A DNA stretch of 63,954 nucleotides, filler included, from Chiloscyllium plagiosum (Eukaryota): assembly GCF_004010195.1 (NCBI RefSeq). It is 5 parts of one record of this genome, joined end to end, with 100 filler letters (N's around TTAATTAATTAA, not from the genome) between each part and the next. Parts side by side here need not be neighbours in the genome. Positions count along the whole stretch, not along the records: positions 44,237 to 63,954 come from NC_057711.1; 4 more parts are not named here. One strand, written 5' to 3'. Shown piece by piece: positions 51,831-63,954 of this stretch (positions are counted from its first letter, which is position 1; every line of letters starts with the position of its first letter). The notes under the pieces are model-generated. The model did no database searches. It worked only from the letters and a program-made list of their open reading frames with translations, and was not told where the DNA came from. Position numbers and translations under genes: made by a program.

Positions 51831-52139
51831 TTTATTCCCAATATCCACTGCTGTCTTCACAGAGGTGACTCTGAAAGCCCCCTGTTGGGAAAGCCGTTCT
51901 TTTACAGGATATGGGTTAGGGTTAAAGGTGTAAAATTGTAGCCATAATCTCTAATTTATGATCTTGGAAGTCAGAGTCCACCACTTTAATTTCGAGCAAA
52001 GTTCACGTTTAATACTTTCTCTCTAATACTTGTTGTGTTGACAAAATTGCTAATGACAGACTCCCAAGATGACTAATCAATGATCAATCAGAGTAGTCAC
52101 TGCTGAATCTAGCAACATACCTTAATGTTGGTAGTTTCA

Positions 52140-53310
52140 CAGAGTCATAGAGTCATAGAGATGTACAGCATGGAAACAGACCCTTCGGTCCAACCTGTCC
52201 ATGCCGACCAGATATCCCAACCCAATCTAGTCCCACCTGCCAGCACCCAACCCATATCCCTCCAAACCCTTCCTATTCATATACCCATCCAAATGCCTCT
52301 TAAATGTTGCAATTGTACCANNNNNNNNNNNNNNNNNNNNNNNNNNNNNNNNNNNNNNNNNNNNNNNNNNNNNNNNNNNNNNNNNNNNNNNNNNNNNNNN
52401 NNNNNNNNNNNNNNNNNNNNNNNNNNNNNNNNNNNNNNNNNNNNNNNNNNNNNNNNNNNNNNNNNNNNNNNNNNNNNNNNNNNNNNNNNNNNNNNNNNNN
52501 NNNNNNNNNNNNNNNNNNNNNNNNNNNNNNNNNNNNNNNNNNNNNNNNNNNNNNNNNNNNNNNNNNNNNNNNNNNNNNNNNNNNNNNNNNNNNNNNNNNN
52601 NNNNNNNNNNNNNNNNNNNNNNNNNNNNNNNNNNNNNNNNNNNNNNNNNNNNNNNNNNNNNNNNNNNNNNNNNNNNNNNNNNNNNNNNNNNNNNNNNNNN
52701 NNNNNNNNNNNNNNNNNNNNNNNNNNNNNNNNNNNNNNNNNNNNNNNNNNNNNNNNNNNNNNNNNNNNNNNNNNNNNNNNNNNNNNNNNNNNNNNNNNNN
52801 NNNNNNNNNNNNNNNNNNNNNNNNNNNNNNNNNNNNNNNNNNNNNNNNNNNNNNNNNNNNNNNNNNNNNNNNNNNNNNNNNNNNNNNNNNNNNNNNNNNN
52901 NNNNNNNNNNNNNNNNNNNNNNNNNNCAAATGGCTAGTTCTCCCTGTATTCCGTGAGATTAACCTTGCTAATCAGTCTCCCATGGGGAACCTTGTCGAAC
53001 GCCTTACTGAAGTCCATATAGATCACATCTACTGCTCTGCCCTCATCAATCTTCTTTGTTACTTCTTCAAAAAACTCAATCAAGTTTGTGAGACATGATT
53101 TCCCATGCACAAAGCCATGTTCACTATCCCTAATCAATCCTGTCCCTCAGGATTCCCTCCAACAATTTGCCCACCACTGAGGTCTATAGTTCCCTGGCTT
53201 GTCTTTACCGCCCTTCTTAAACAGTGGTACCTCATTAGCCAACCTCCAGTCTTCCGGCACTTCACCTGTGACTATCGATGAGACAAATATCTCAGCAAGA
53301 GGCCCAGCCT
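52140..53310 (-). mobile_element. HER1/CR1 LINE spanning a ~605-N gap
   Basis: 3' tail at 52140; HGFVHGKSCLTNLIEFFE...DFSKAFDKVPH after the gap. Confidence 0.9.
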
Positions 53311-53704
53311 CTTGAGGTAATGTTGAGGTACTTGTGTTTGCATGTGCAATTAAACAATTAAAGAATACATCTCATTCTTTATCCTCATAATCAAGATGGT
53401 GCGACAGTGGGGGAGGTTTGAGGTCCACAGCAATGAAAGGTGGAAACTCTCCCAGTGCATGCCTAGCACCTCCAACTGCTTCCAGTATAGCATACAGCCA
53501 TGTTGGGAAAGGTGATTACGTGGGTTTTTCCCTGCGTAGTTGGGTATAGCTATCTGAAATGGCCAAGTCACCATGTCAAATAGCTATACTTGTTGTTTTG
53601 ATTTTATAGCAAACAGGTCCACTCAACATCTTTGGTTGTTCCTCACGAAAAATATTTGTATAACTTCAAGGGGAATCTGATGCTAGATTTTTAAAAGACT
53701 GAGA

Positions 53705-54300
53705 ATATAGAAACATAGAAACATGGAAGATAGGAGCAGAATGAGGCCATTCGGCCCTATGAGCCTGTTCCACCATTCATCACGATCATGGCTGCTCACC
53801 AAATTCAATAGCTTAATCCTGCTTCCCCCCCCATAACCTTTGATCCCATTCACCCCAAGTGCTATATTATCCACCTGTTAAAAAAAGCTTCAGTGTTTTG
53901 GCATTAACTACTTCCTCTAGTAATGAATTCCACAGACTCACCACTTTTTGTGTGAAGGAATGCCTCCTCATCTCCGTCCTAAATGGTCCACTCGAATCCT
54001 CAGACTGTGGCCCCTGGTTTTGGACACACCCATCATCGGGGATTATCCTCCCTGCATCTACCCATTCCTGATGGAAGGCTTTTGCCCGAAACGTCGATTC
54101 TCCTGATCCTCGGATGCTGCCTGATCTGCTGTGCTTTTTCAGCTCTACACTCTCAACTCTAATCTCCAGCATCTGCAGTCCTCACTTTCATCTAGTCCTG
54201 TTAGAATTTTAGAAGACTCTATGAGATCCCCTCTCATTTTTGAGCTCCAGCAAAAACAGTTCTAACAGTCAATCTCTCCTCTGGTCAGTCCTGCCATCCA
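53705..54300 (-). mobile_element. CR1 3' fragment with nested Penelope terminus (54064-54190)
   Basis: PFRTEMRRHSFTQKVVSLWNSL. The insert begins ATTCCTGATGGAAGGCTTTTGCCCGAAACGTCG. Confidence 0.8.
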
Positions 54301-54419
54301 TAATGGAGAGGGAAAGGATTTCAATTACTGCCTACTATTCCAAAGTATCTAATGGCACAATGGAGTGTTTTTGTGGTAAAATTATGTTTAGTGAACAAGA
54401 AACCATCTTAAATTATCAT

Positions 54420-54860
54420 TAAAAACCCATTTGGTTCATTATTGCTCTTTAGGGAAGGAAATCTGTCATCCTTACTTGGTCTAACTATGTGTGACTCCAG
54501 ACTCACAGCAACATGAGTGATACATAAATGCCCTTGGAAACAGCTGAGCAAGTTATTTAGTTGTGTCGAACTATTACACAGTCAGACGGGAATGAAACTG
54601 ATCAGACGACCCCTGACTGGACTAGACAGTGGAAATGACCCAGCTCTATCAAAGTCCTCCTTACTAACATCTGGGGCATGTGTGCCAACATTTGGAGAAT
54701 TGTTCCACAGACTTGTCAAGGCACAGTCTGATGTAGTCATTTCCACTAAATCAAACCTGACCGACAATATCCCAGACATTACCATCTTTGGACATGAACA
54801 CCACCAGGGACACCAGAGGTAGTGACATAGTGGCACATGGTAAGGGCGTAGCTGACCTGG
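54420..54860 (+). mobile_element. CR1/L2-like 5' region and endonuclease start
   Basis: FGELFHRLVKAQSDVVISTKSNL resembles an APE endonuclease N-terminus. Confidence 0.5.
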
Positions 54861-54864
54861 GAAT

Positions 54865-55950
54865 CACAGATTCGTACGACATGGAAACACACCCTTCAGT
54901 CCACCTATTCCATGGCAGCAGTGATCCCAAACTAAACTAGTCCCACCTGCCTGCACTTAACCCATATCCCTTCAAACATTTCTTATTCATGTACTTATTG
55001 CAGTGTCTTTTAATTATTGTAATTGTGCCCACATCCACTACTTCCTCTGGAAGTTCATTCCCCACACTAACAACTCTGTGAAAGAGAGCTGCCCACAAGT
55101 TCTCTTTAAATTTTTCTCCTCTCACCTTAAAACTATGCCTCCTAGTTTTGAAATTCCCCCACTGTAGGGAAAAGTCAACTTATCTAAACCCCTCATGATT
55201 TTAAAAACCTCTATAAGCTCACCCAACAACCTTCTACGCTCCAGTGAAATAAGTCCCAGCCTTTCCAGCCTCTCCCTTTAACTCAAACCTTCCATTCCAG
55301 GCAACATCATGGTAAATCTTTTCTGAACCCTCCTATGACAGGGCAACCACAATTTGACGCAGAACTGCACAAAAGGCCTCACCAACTCCTGTACAACATC
55401 AACATGACATCCCAACTCTATACAGCAGTCTGAATAATGAAGCCAAACATGCTAAATGACTTAACCACCCTCTCTACACGTGATGCAAACTTCAAGGAAT
55501 TATGTTCCTGAATCTCTAGGTCTCTCTGTTCCTCCCACAGTCCAAAAATGTGCAGGTTGGGTGAATTGGCCATGCTAAATTGCCCGTAGTGTTAGGTGAA
55601 GGGGTAAATGTAGGGGAATGGGTCTGGGTGGGTTGCTCTTCGGAGGGTCAGTGTGGACTTGTTGGGCCAAAGGGCCTGTTTCCACACTGTAAGTAATCTA
55701 ATCTAATCATTACCCCAAGGGCCTACTTTCAATTGTGTAAGTCCTACCCTTGTTTGTTTCACCAAAATGCAATACCTCGCAATTATCCAAATTGCATTTC
55801 CTCTGCCACTCCTCAGCCCATTGGCCCAATTGATCAAGATCTCTTTATAATCTTAGACAACCTTCTTCACTGTCCACTATACCATTAATGTTGATGACAA
55901 TGGCAAACTTATCAATCATGTCTTTTATATTTTCATCTAAATTATTTATA
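54865..55950 (-). mobile_element. HER1/CR1 3' fragment with nested 5'-truncated HE1 SINE (+, ~55528-55708)
   Basis: HER1 C-terminal motifs on the minus strand; SINE 3' half with TAATC tail on the plus strand. Confidence 0.85.
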
Positions 55951-58807
55951 TAAATGACAAAAAAATGAACAAAATGACGGATGATGATCTTACCCAGTTC
56001 CTGCTTTTGCCCCAGCCAAGCTGTTCCAATGCAATATAAAACTTAAATTGATACAGTAAATTGAAAGAAAAGCCCAGCTATGTCATGTCCACAAAAGCAG
56101 GACAAATTCAACACCACAAATTAATCTTACTCTCCATTGTCAGTAAATTGATAGAAATGCTGTCCCATTTCACCCTCAAAATTGACTCTGGATTCAATGA
56201 AGTCTTATGATATCAAGTCAACATAGACAAAGAAACCCTATGCTGATTATCTCATCTGAGTAGCTCCCCATGTTGGAAGAAGCACTGAAGGTAGCAAGAA
56301 CACTGAATGTGCTCTGGGTTGAGAGATTTTCATAACCATTACCAAAAATGTCTTGCTAGCATCACTCCTGAAAGTTACAGCTGCTAGACTGGGTCTGTGA
56401 AAGGTGGTGAGGGAATTTAATTCTTAAATTTATAACTGAAGTTACAAGTTAATTGTGAAGACTGCACTGATAATTGAGCCACACTATTCTACCATCTGTC
56501 ACAAATATAGAAATATCCGCTTATTAAATTTTTTATTTAAACTATAAAACTGGTGTCTGATATCAACTATTTCACAAAGTCTGGTATGGGTTGTTCAAAT
56601 AGTCTGGTTACAAACAATTGGGGTCACTCTTGAGTGACTTTGAAGGTTTTAATTTTATTGTTGCAAATGCAGAGATAGGGAGGCCAATATGATTTGGCTA
56701 TCTGTGTTTAATGTGGTAACACTGTTCAGCAATAACCTGCTCACTGACATTCAGAATGGGTTGTGTTGTGGCCATTCAGGTCATGACCCCATTGCTGCCC
56801 TGGCTCGATCAGGGACAAAACAATAGTGCTCCAGAGAGGAGATGAGAGTGTGTATCAATACCCTCAATAACAAGGCTGCAGTTGAACAGGTGTGGCATTG
56901 TGGAGCCCAAGCAAAACTACATTCAATGGGAACCAGGGGAAATTTCTCTGCTAGTTGGAATCAAACTTGGCACAAGGAAGATGGTGGTGGTTATTGGTAG
57001 TCAATCATTTCTGCTCCAGGATAACTTGGCAGAAATATTCTTTTTCACAAAACAATGTTGGTATATAGTTTACTTGCGAATTTACTAAAACAGGCAGTTT
57101 CGGTAAACAGTTCACAAAATGGTTACTACCAACACGAACATTACGATCTTGCAGAAGAAGATCACACACAGCAAGTACCAGGAAGGTGCCTGCATTCTTC
57201 TATGCCACCAGTGTCAAAGCTTTGAGTCATTGTGGCTCTATACTCTGGAACACTCACTCTAAGTTACTCTGCACAGCTTCAACTTTAAGTCTTCCCACCA
57301 CACAGAGCTCTTCACATTTGCCCCTCGGTTGTAGATACTTTCCTACCCAACACCCTCCCTGTCCCTCACAATTACGTTTTTCTGCTCATTCAGAGGTATG
57401 AAAATAGCCATAACAATGTCCATTTCTATAGCATTCTGTATATAAAAAAAACTCTTCATGTTCTTTACAAATTGGTGTATGAAAAACAGAATATAAGCAT
57501 TTACTTCATACAGGTTAACCTTTTTATTATCAGAATTCAGTGGAATCATTCATCAGACATTGTTCGTGATGAAGCCCTTTGCTGGTTGCCATGGCATGAA
57601 GTTTGTGTCGTCACTTCAGATTTCTAACATTCATTTTTAGATGATATTTTTGCAACTCATCAGCAATTTGATGAGTCACTGCCTTACAATTTTAATTGTG
57701 ATTTTATGCATTTACCCACTCCTTGCTGCAGAGTTCTTAGATATCTCAGAACACCTGAAAGCCCAGAATCACTGTATTATGCAGTGAGTTATAAATAAAA
57801 AATGAAAAAGAAACTGTTAGATTCATTTTGTTTATCTCACAAGCTTCTAAATTTCACAGCTTTTATTTTGATCTGATGTTTGGTTCTTTTCTTTCAGCTG
57901 CTTTGGCACTCGTGCTGTTTTAGTTCAGATTCTCAGATACAAGCATCTGTGAACCAGTTATCAGGATTTACACTGATAAATTCATCATCTTAACCCAATG
58001 GTGTACTCATGGGATGTCATGCCACTGAAATAAAGACACCAGATTTAGATTACAGCCATCAGTCATCTGGAATAGAAACTGAAATGATACCATCACCAAA
58101 GTGGCATTTTTCTAGTCCCACAATATCCCTTTTAAAATAGATTCTTCAAAATCTCAATAAGGAGGTGTGCACCCATAACAGAATTTGTTTGATGTGTTAC
58201 AAATTAGCAAGATGTCTGGCATTTTTACATACACAATGAGCATTACCTTTAACTAGGTAATGGAATGGGTTAGTTTTTAAAATTTGGTTTTATTGGCACA
58301 GAGGGGGCTGCAGTAATGGTGATGGTGGCTCTCAGCTGCTTTTTCCCTTCCCTGATTCCAGTTTTTGGTGCCTGCACTCTGAGTCTCTTTAGGTTTCAAC
58401 CTACCTGAATTGGTGATTGCAAAAGCCCATCAACCAAGGAAAAAACAAGTGATCTCCAAGAGAATTGGGTTACCTGAATCATTGAGAATATTGGTTATCC
58501 AAAGGTTTCTGTTTGCTCAAATTCACATGCAGACTCATGAATAATAATTTTCTCAAATTAACCTTTCAAAGTTCACCTAAAAAATTCACAAAGATTAAAA
58601 TTATGACTAATGGTTGTCCTATTAAATTCATAGGGATGAAGATCAAGTAGACTCCATTACAGGGTTGTGTAATCCTGATTGCAACCCTGATTGTAATCCT
58701 GCAAAGAGGAAAATCTTTGCATAATTTCTTATTCTCGCTTTCATGATATGAAAGTGCCAGGAGTACATGAAAGGGAAAACAATAATTCGGCAATTATTAG
58801 CTCAACG

Positions 58808-59630
58808 CATGGGGTTTAATTCAGATAAATGTGAGGTGCTGCATTTTGGGAAAGCAAATCTTAGCAGGACTTATACACTTAATGGTAAGGTCCTAGGGAG
58901 TGTTGCTGAACAAAGAGACATTGGAGTGCAGGTTCATAGCTCCTTGAAAGTGGAGTCGCAGGTAGATAGGATAGTGAAGAAGGCGTTTGGTATGCTTTCC
59001 GTTATTGGTCAGAGTATTGAGTACAAGAGTTGGGAGGTCATGATACAGCTGTACAGGACATTGGTTAGGCCACTGTTGGACTATTGCATGCAATTCTGGT
59101 CTCCTTCCTATCGGAAAGATGTTGTGAAACTTGAAATGGTTTAGAAAAGATTTACAAAGATGTTGCCAGGGTTGGAGGATTTGAGCTATAGGGAGAGGCT
59201 GAACAGGCTGGGGCTGTTTCCCCTGGAGCGTCGGAGGCTGAGGGGTGACCTTATAGAGGTTTACAAAATTATGAGGGGCATGGATAAGATAAATAGACAA
59301 AGTCTTTTCCCTGGGGTCAGGGAGTCCAGAACTAGAGGGCAAAGGTTTAGGGTGAGAGGGGAAAGATATAAATGGGACCTAAGGGGCCACCTTTTCATGC
59401 AGAGGATGGTACGTATATAGAATGAGCTGCCAGAGGAAGTGGTGGAGGCTGGTATAATTGCAACATTTAAGAGGGATTTGGATGGGTATATGAATAGGAA
59501 GGGTTTGGAGGGATATGGGCCGGGTGCTGGCAGGTGGTACTAGATTGGGTTGGGATATCTGGTTGGCATGGACAGGTTGGACCAAAGGGTCTGTTTCCAT
59601 GCTGTACATCTCTATGACTCTATGATTCTA
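58808..59630 (+). mobile_element. HER1/CR1 LINE 3' fragment, followed tail-to-tail by another CR1 3' end (~59630-59785, minus)
   Basis: FNSDKCEVLHFG...LYRTLVRPLL; TCTATGA tail. Confidence 0.92.
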
Positions 59631-61504
59631 TAAGACCACAAGACATAGGAGCAGAAATTAGGCCATTCAGCCCATCGAATCAGCTCTCCCATTCATTCAT
59701 GGCTGATAAATTTGACAACCCCATTTCCTCTTTTCTCCCAGTAACCTTTGATTCCCTCGACAATCAAGAGCCTATCTATAATCTATTATGAAATACACTG
59801 AAGAACTAGTTATACTATACATGTTCCCATTGATGGAAGAATCAAGAACAAGTGGACAAAGATTTAAGGTTATTGATAGAAGGACTAATGATCACATGGA
59901 AAAGCCTTTGCTAATAAGAGGCAAAGATTTGAAGCTTTTAGTCTTTTACTCATCAGGACTGACACACAAGAAACTAAGTTTAAAGTTGCAGGAATGTTAT
60001 GAGCTAGCAAAGTATCAAATTTCTCTGGAAGCGTTTTAGATAAATTGACATTTGCTTTCTAAGTTTGGTTTCTTGCATATTGATCCTGACAAATACAAAA
60101 TGAATTAACTTCGAATTTTAAAAGTGTTTAAGCTCTGCGCATCCAAGCGATTATTATATTCCTGAGCCAAAGGTACAACAAAGACACATAATAGGGATAT
60201 GACTGATATCGTTAGACTGACAGGAAAAATAAAGTCCAGCAAACTATCTAATAAAATTCTCTGAAGGTGTATTAGATAAATTAATGTTTCCTTTTTATGT
60301 CTAGTTCCTTGTGTAACTACAAAATTAGAAGTCTCCACTTTATTTTTCTTTATCAAAATTTGAAGAAAATATATTTTACATGACAAGCAGGCAACAAGTG
60401 TAAAGCACAATCTGAGAGTTTGGTGGAGGTAGGTTAAATCATAGTTTTCAGAAGGATGTTTGATAAGCAAATAATAGAAAAATGTCTGGGACAATGAAAC
60501 AAGGATTTGTTCCTGCAGAGAGCAGGTATAGATTCAATGTTCTGAATGGCATCCTTTAGTCCTGCAACTATCTTGTAATTCTAAGCTTTATTGACCCCAA
60601 ATCCAGTGAGGAAACCTTAACAACCTACTTTTCTTCTTCGCATTGTACATTGTATCTTATATATCTTCACAGCAATTCATTTTCTACTTTGCACTAACCC
60701 ATCTTAAACTTTTAACAATCTTCTTGGTTATTATCAGTATCTAAACACATTTGATAAGGGATTAAATAATGCCAAAATTCAACTGAGAAGATTCTACATA
60801 AAAGCTTAAGTTGTGCAGTATCCTGACAAACATGGCCAAGATTAATAGGTTTCTTTTTTCCCTTTTAAAACTTCATTTCACACAGTTCTGTTTAGGCTTG
60901 TAATAACATTTTTGTTTCATGTCATATGTGACAGTTATAAAGATTTTTTCACAATCTAGTGCTTTCAGAGATGCTTGCAGGGGGCTTATATTTGGAAATC
61001 ATGGATGTGCTACACATTGTTTTCTGTCTGTTCAGAGAATTACTTGCTTTGATACTGAATTATCCTGAAAGTATATTCTCACTACAAGCATTGAATGATC
61101 ATATTGTCCTCTTCTGAAGCCTTCAATTCACCTCTTCAGCAATATGCAGTCCTTCATTTCAAAATACATTGGAGCAAGGTCAAAGAGTGAGAAAAACAAA
61201 TCTAGGATGTAACGTGCTGAATCATGAAGAAATAATCGATAATGCACTGCTTTGCTTGAAGATGTAACAAGGAGTCATGTTAAAAACTTTTAAAACAGTG
61301 AAATGTATGAATAATTAAATATATTCAGGTTATTAAATTTAGTTTTAGGTCTAGAGAAAATGAACACAGTATAGCTTAATTACATCAGAAGGGATTATCT
61401 GTTTTATTGAGCTTTCCCTTTAGCGAGAGCTGTTTGCCTTGGAGTGAAGTGAATACACTGCAGTCCAGACTGAGCTCAAAGTCAAGATTTAATTTTATGA
61501 ATGA

Positions 61505-62495
61505 ACAGAGTACAATGGGATCTTGATTAGTTGGACCAATGGGCTGAGGAGTTTAATTTAGATAAATGTAGGTGCTGCATTTTGGAAAGTCAAATTGAGG
61601 CAGGACCTATACATTTAATGGTAAGGTCCTGGGAAGTGTTGCTGAACAAAGAGACCTTGGAGTGCAGGTTCATAGCTCCTTGGAAGAGGAAACGCAGGTT
61701 GAAAGGATAGTGAAGAAGGTGTTTGGAATGCTTTCCTTTATTGGTCAAAGCATGAGTATAGGAGTTGTGAGGTCGTACTGTGGCTGTACAGGACATTGGT
61801 TAGTCCACTTTTGGAATATTGTGTGAAATTCTGGTGTCCCTGCTATAGCAAGAATGTTGTGAAACTTGCGAGGGTTCAGAAAAGATTTACAGGGTTGGAG
61901 AGTTTGAGCTATAGGGAGATGCTGAATAAGCTGGGGCTGTTTTCCCTGGTTAGAAACAAAACATCTGAAGATGCTGGAATCCAAAGTGGACAGTCAGGGG
62001 GCTGAAAGAACACAGCAAGCCAGGCAGCATCAGGAGGTGCAGAAGTCAGATATAACCATTTACACCCGAAATGTTGACTTCTGCACCTCCTGATGCCGTC
62101 TGGCTTGCTGTGTTCTTCCAGCCTCCTGCCTGACTATGCTGTTTTGCCCGGAGCATCAGAGACTGAAGTGTGACCTTATAGAGGTTTATAAAAACATGAG
62201 GGGCATGGATAGGATAAAAAGCCAAGGTCTTTTCCATAGGGTGGGGGAATCCAAAACTAGAGGGCATAGGTTTAGAGTGAGAAGGGAAAGATTTAAAAGG
62301 GAACTAAGGAGCAACCTTTTTCACACAGAGGGTGGTGCATGTATGGAATGATTTGCCAGAGGAAGTGGTGGAGGCTGATACAATTACAACATTTAATAGG
62401 CATCTGGAACAGTATATGATTAGGAAGAGTTTAGAGAGATATGGGCCAAGTGCTGGCAAATGGGACTGATTAATTTAGGATATCTGGTCGGCAGA
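61505..62495 (+). mobile_element. HER1/CR1 3' fragment interrupted by a hairpin element
   Basis: HER1 motifs on both sides of 61950-62137. Confidence 0.88.
61950..62137. mobile_element. Fold-back Penelope-terminus element (different subfamily) with ~14-bp TSD
   Basis: Arms at ~61992-62048 / 62074-62135. GCTGTTTTCCCTGG (61936-61949) vs GCTGTTTTGCCCGG (62138-62151). Confidence 0.8.
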
Positions 62496-62656
62496 ATGTT
62501 AGGTTTAGGTGGACGGATACTTGTTATGTAAAACCAGGGACAGACAGCAGGTTTGAGGGAGTAGAAGTCGGTGTCAGGAAAAAAATTAGCTGCTTTGCTA
62601 AACTCTTAAAAATCACTCAACACCAGGTTATAGTCCAACAGGTTTAATTGGAAGCA

Positions 62657-62691
62657 CACTAGCTTTCGGAGCATCGATCCTTCATCAGGTG
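62657..62691 (-). ncRNA. Minimal type I hammerhead ribozyme motif in a Penelope terminus
   Basis: The minus strand reads CAC CTGATGA A GGATCGATGCTCC GAAA G CTA GTG. The core is intact, stem I is CAC/GTG, stem II has one mismatch, and stem III is a loopless palindromic AGCT. Confidence 0.65.
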
Positions 62692-62946
62692 GTAGTGGGG
62701 GGCTCAATCCTAACACACAGAATTTATAGCAAAAATTTACAGTGTGATGTAACTGAAATTATACATTGAAAAATTGATTGTCTGTTAAGCCTTGACTCTC
62801 GACTATCTGTCTCATTCTTGGACACATGCATCTCCATCAAGGATGGACACCTCAGCACCACACTCTACCGCAAACCCACAGACAACCTCACAATGCTACA
62901 CTTCTCCAGCTTCCACCCAAAACATATTAAAACAGCCATCCCCTAT

Positions 62947-63159
62947 AAGGAGAAAGTGAGGACTGCAGATGCTGGCGATCAGAGCTGAAAATGTGTTGCT
63001 GGAAAAGCGCAGCAGGTCAGGCAGCATCCAAGGAACAGGAGAATCGACGTTTCGGGCATAAGCCCTTCTTCATTTCCTGAAGGGCTTATGCCCGAAACGT
63101 CGATTCTCCTGTTCCTTGGATGCTGCCTGACCTGCTGCGCTTTTCCAGCAACACATTTT
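62947..63159. mobile_element. Young fold-back Penelope-terminus element with perfect 85-bp arms and 14-bp TSD
   Basis: 62984-63068 is the exact reverse complement of 63079-63163. CAGCCATCCCCTAT at 62933-62946 and 63160-63173. Confidence 0.92.
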
Positions 63160-63787
63160 CAGCCATCCCCTATTTCCCAGGAGCTGAAAAACTACGCCAT
63201 GTTCTTCGTGACCTGCAACATGTTATCAATGAGGATGAGCACCTCACCAAGGCCTTCCCCACACCTCCACAACTTGCCTTTAATCAACTGCCAAACCTCA
63301 AACAGATCGTTGTTCGTAGCAAGCTGCCCGGCTCTTAGGACAACTCCATACAACCCTGTCATGGTAGGCGCTGCAAGACGTGTCAGAGTGTGGACATGGA
63401 TACCACCATTTTGCGTGGGGACACCTCCCACCTTGTACATGGCAGGTACTCATGTGACTCAGCCAACGTTGTCTATCTTATACGTTGCAGGCAAGGATGC
63501 CCAGAGGCATGGTACATTGCGAAAACTGAGCAAAAGCTACGACAACGGATGAATGGGCACTGCACAACAATCAACAGACAGAAGGGTTCCCTCCCAGTTG
63601 GGGAACACTTCAGTGGTCCAGGATATTCAACCTCGGACCTTCGGGTGACCATGCTCCAAGGTGGACTTCGGGACAGCAGCAGAGAAAAGTGGCCGAGCAG
63701 AGGCTGATAGCTAAGTTCGGTACCCATAGGGAGGGCCTCAACCGGGACCTTGGGTTCATGTCACACTACAGGTGACCACCATTGCAC

Positions 63788-63945
63788 TATACACACACAC
63801 AGACACTCCTACACACACACACTCTTACACATACACAGGCACTCCTATACACACATACACACGGGCTCACATATACACAGACGCGCACACAGACATACAC
63901 ACACACCCTTACAGACACACATACTCCCACATGCACCCCCTCACA
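63788..63945 (+). repeat. Imperfect (CA)n-rich microsatellite
   Basis: Interrupted ACAC runs. Confidence 0.85.
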
Positions 63946-63954
63946 GACTTAAGA

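Larger units (their letters stand above)
62606..63954 (+). mobile_element. Penelope-like element, second family: inverted terminus, RT end, GIY-YIG domain, CA-rich 3' region
   Basis: FLDTCISIKDGHLSTTLYRKPTDN, PCHGRRCKTCQ and YSCDSANVVYLIRCRQGCPEAWYI..T.QKLRQRMNGH...PVGEHFS...GLNRD. The inverted terminal segment is ~62606-62790. Confidence 0.9.

Noticed and set aside
52125..53098. ORFs of 209-270 aa
   Set aside because: They consist almost entirely of N-gap translation.

Overview
Repeat-saturated cartilaginous-fish (shark) genomic DNA. The taxon is inferred from HE1-type V-SINEs and HER1/CR1 LINEs. No host gene could be confidently identified; a weak, phase-compatible chain of small candidate exons is flagged. 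The window holds a Tx1 LINE 3' end, a Rex1/Babar LINE, many decayed and nested CR1/HER1 LINE fragments, about 11 HE1 SINEs and a second tRNA-SINE family. It also holds a decayed Gypsy LTR element, two Penelope-like elements (RT + GIY-YIG), fossil Harbinger transposase and Myb/SANT genes, a hAT MITE, and an ~8.2 kb GC-rich 29-bp satellite with irregular higher-order structure. Several gaps carry an artificial TTAATTAATTAA linker. Two signals stand out. (1) Short (~150-230 bp) fold-back Penelope-terminus elements with 12-14 bp target-site duplications, several carrying minimal hammerhead-ribozyme motifs. (2) Repeated local copy events 0.5-1.2 kb apart, including a perfect 56-bp inverted templated insertion and a SINE copied together with its 3' flank. 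All family assignments come from motif recognition, not database searches.
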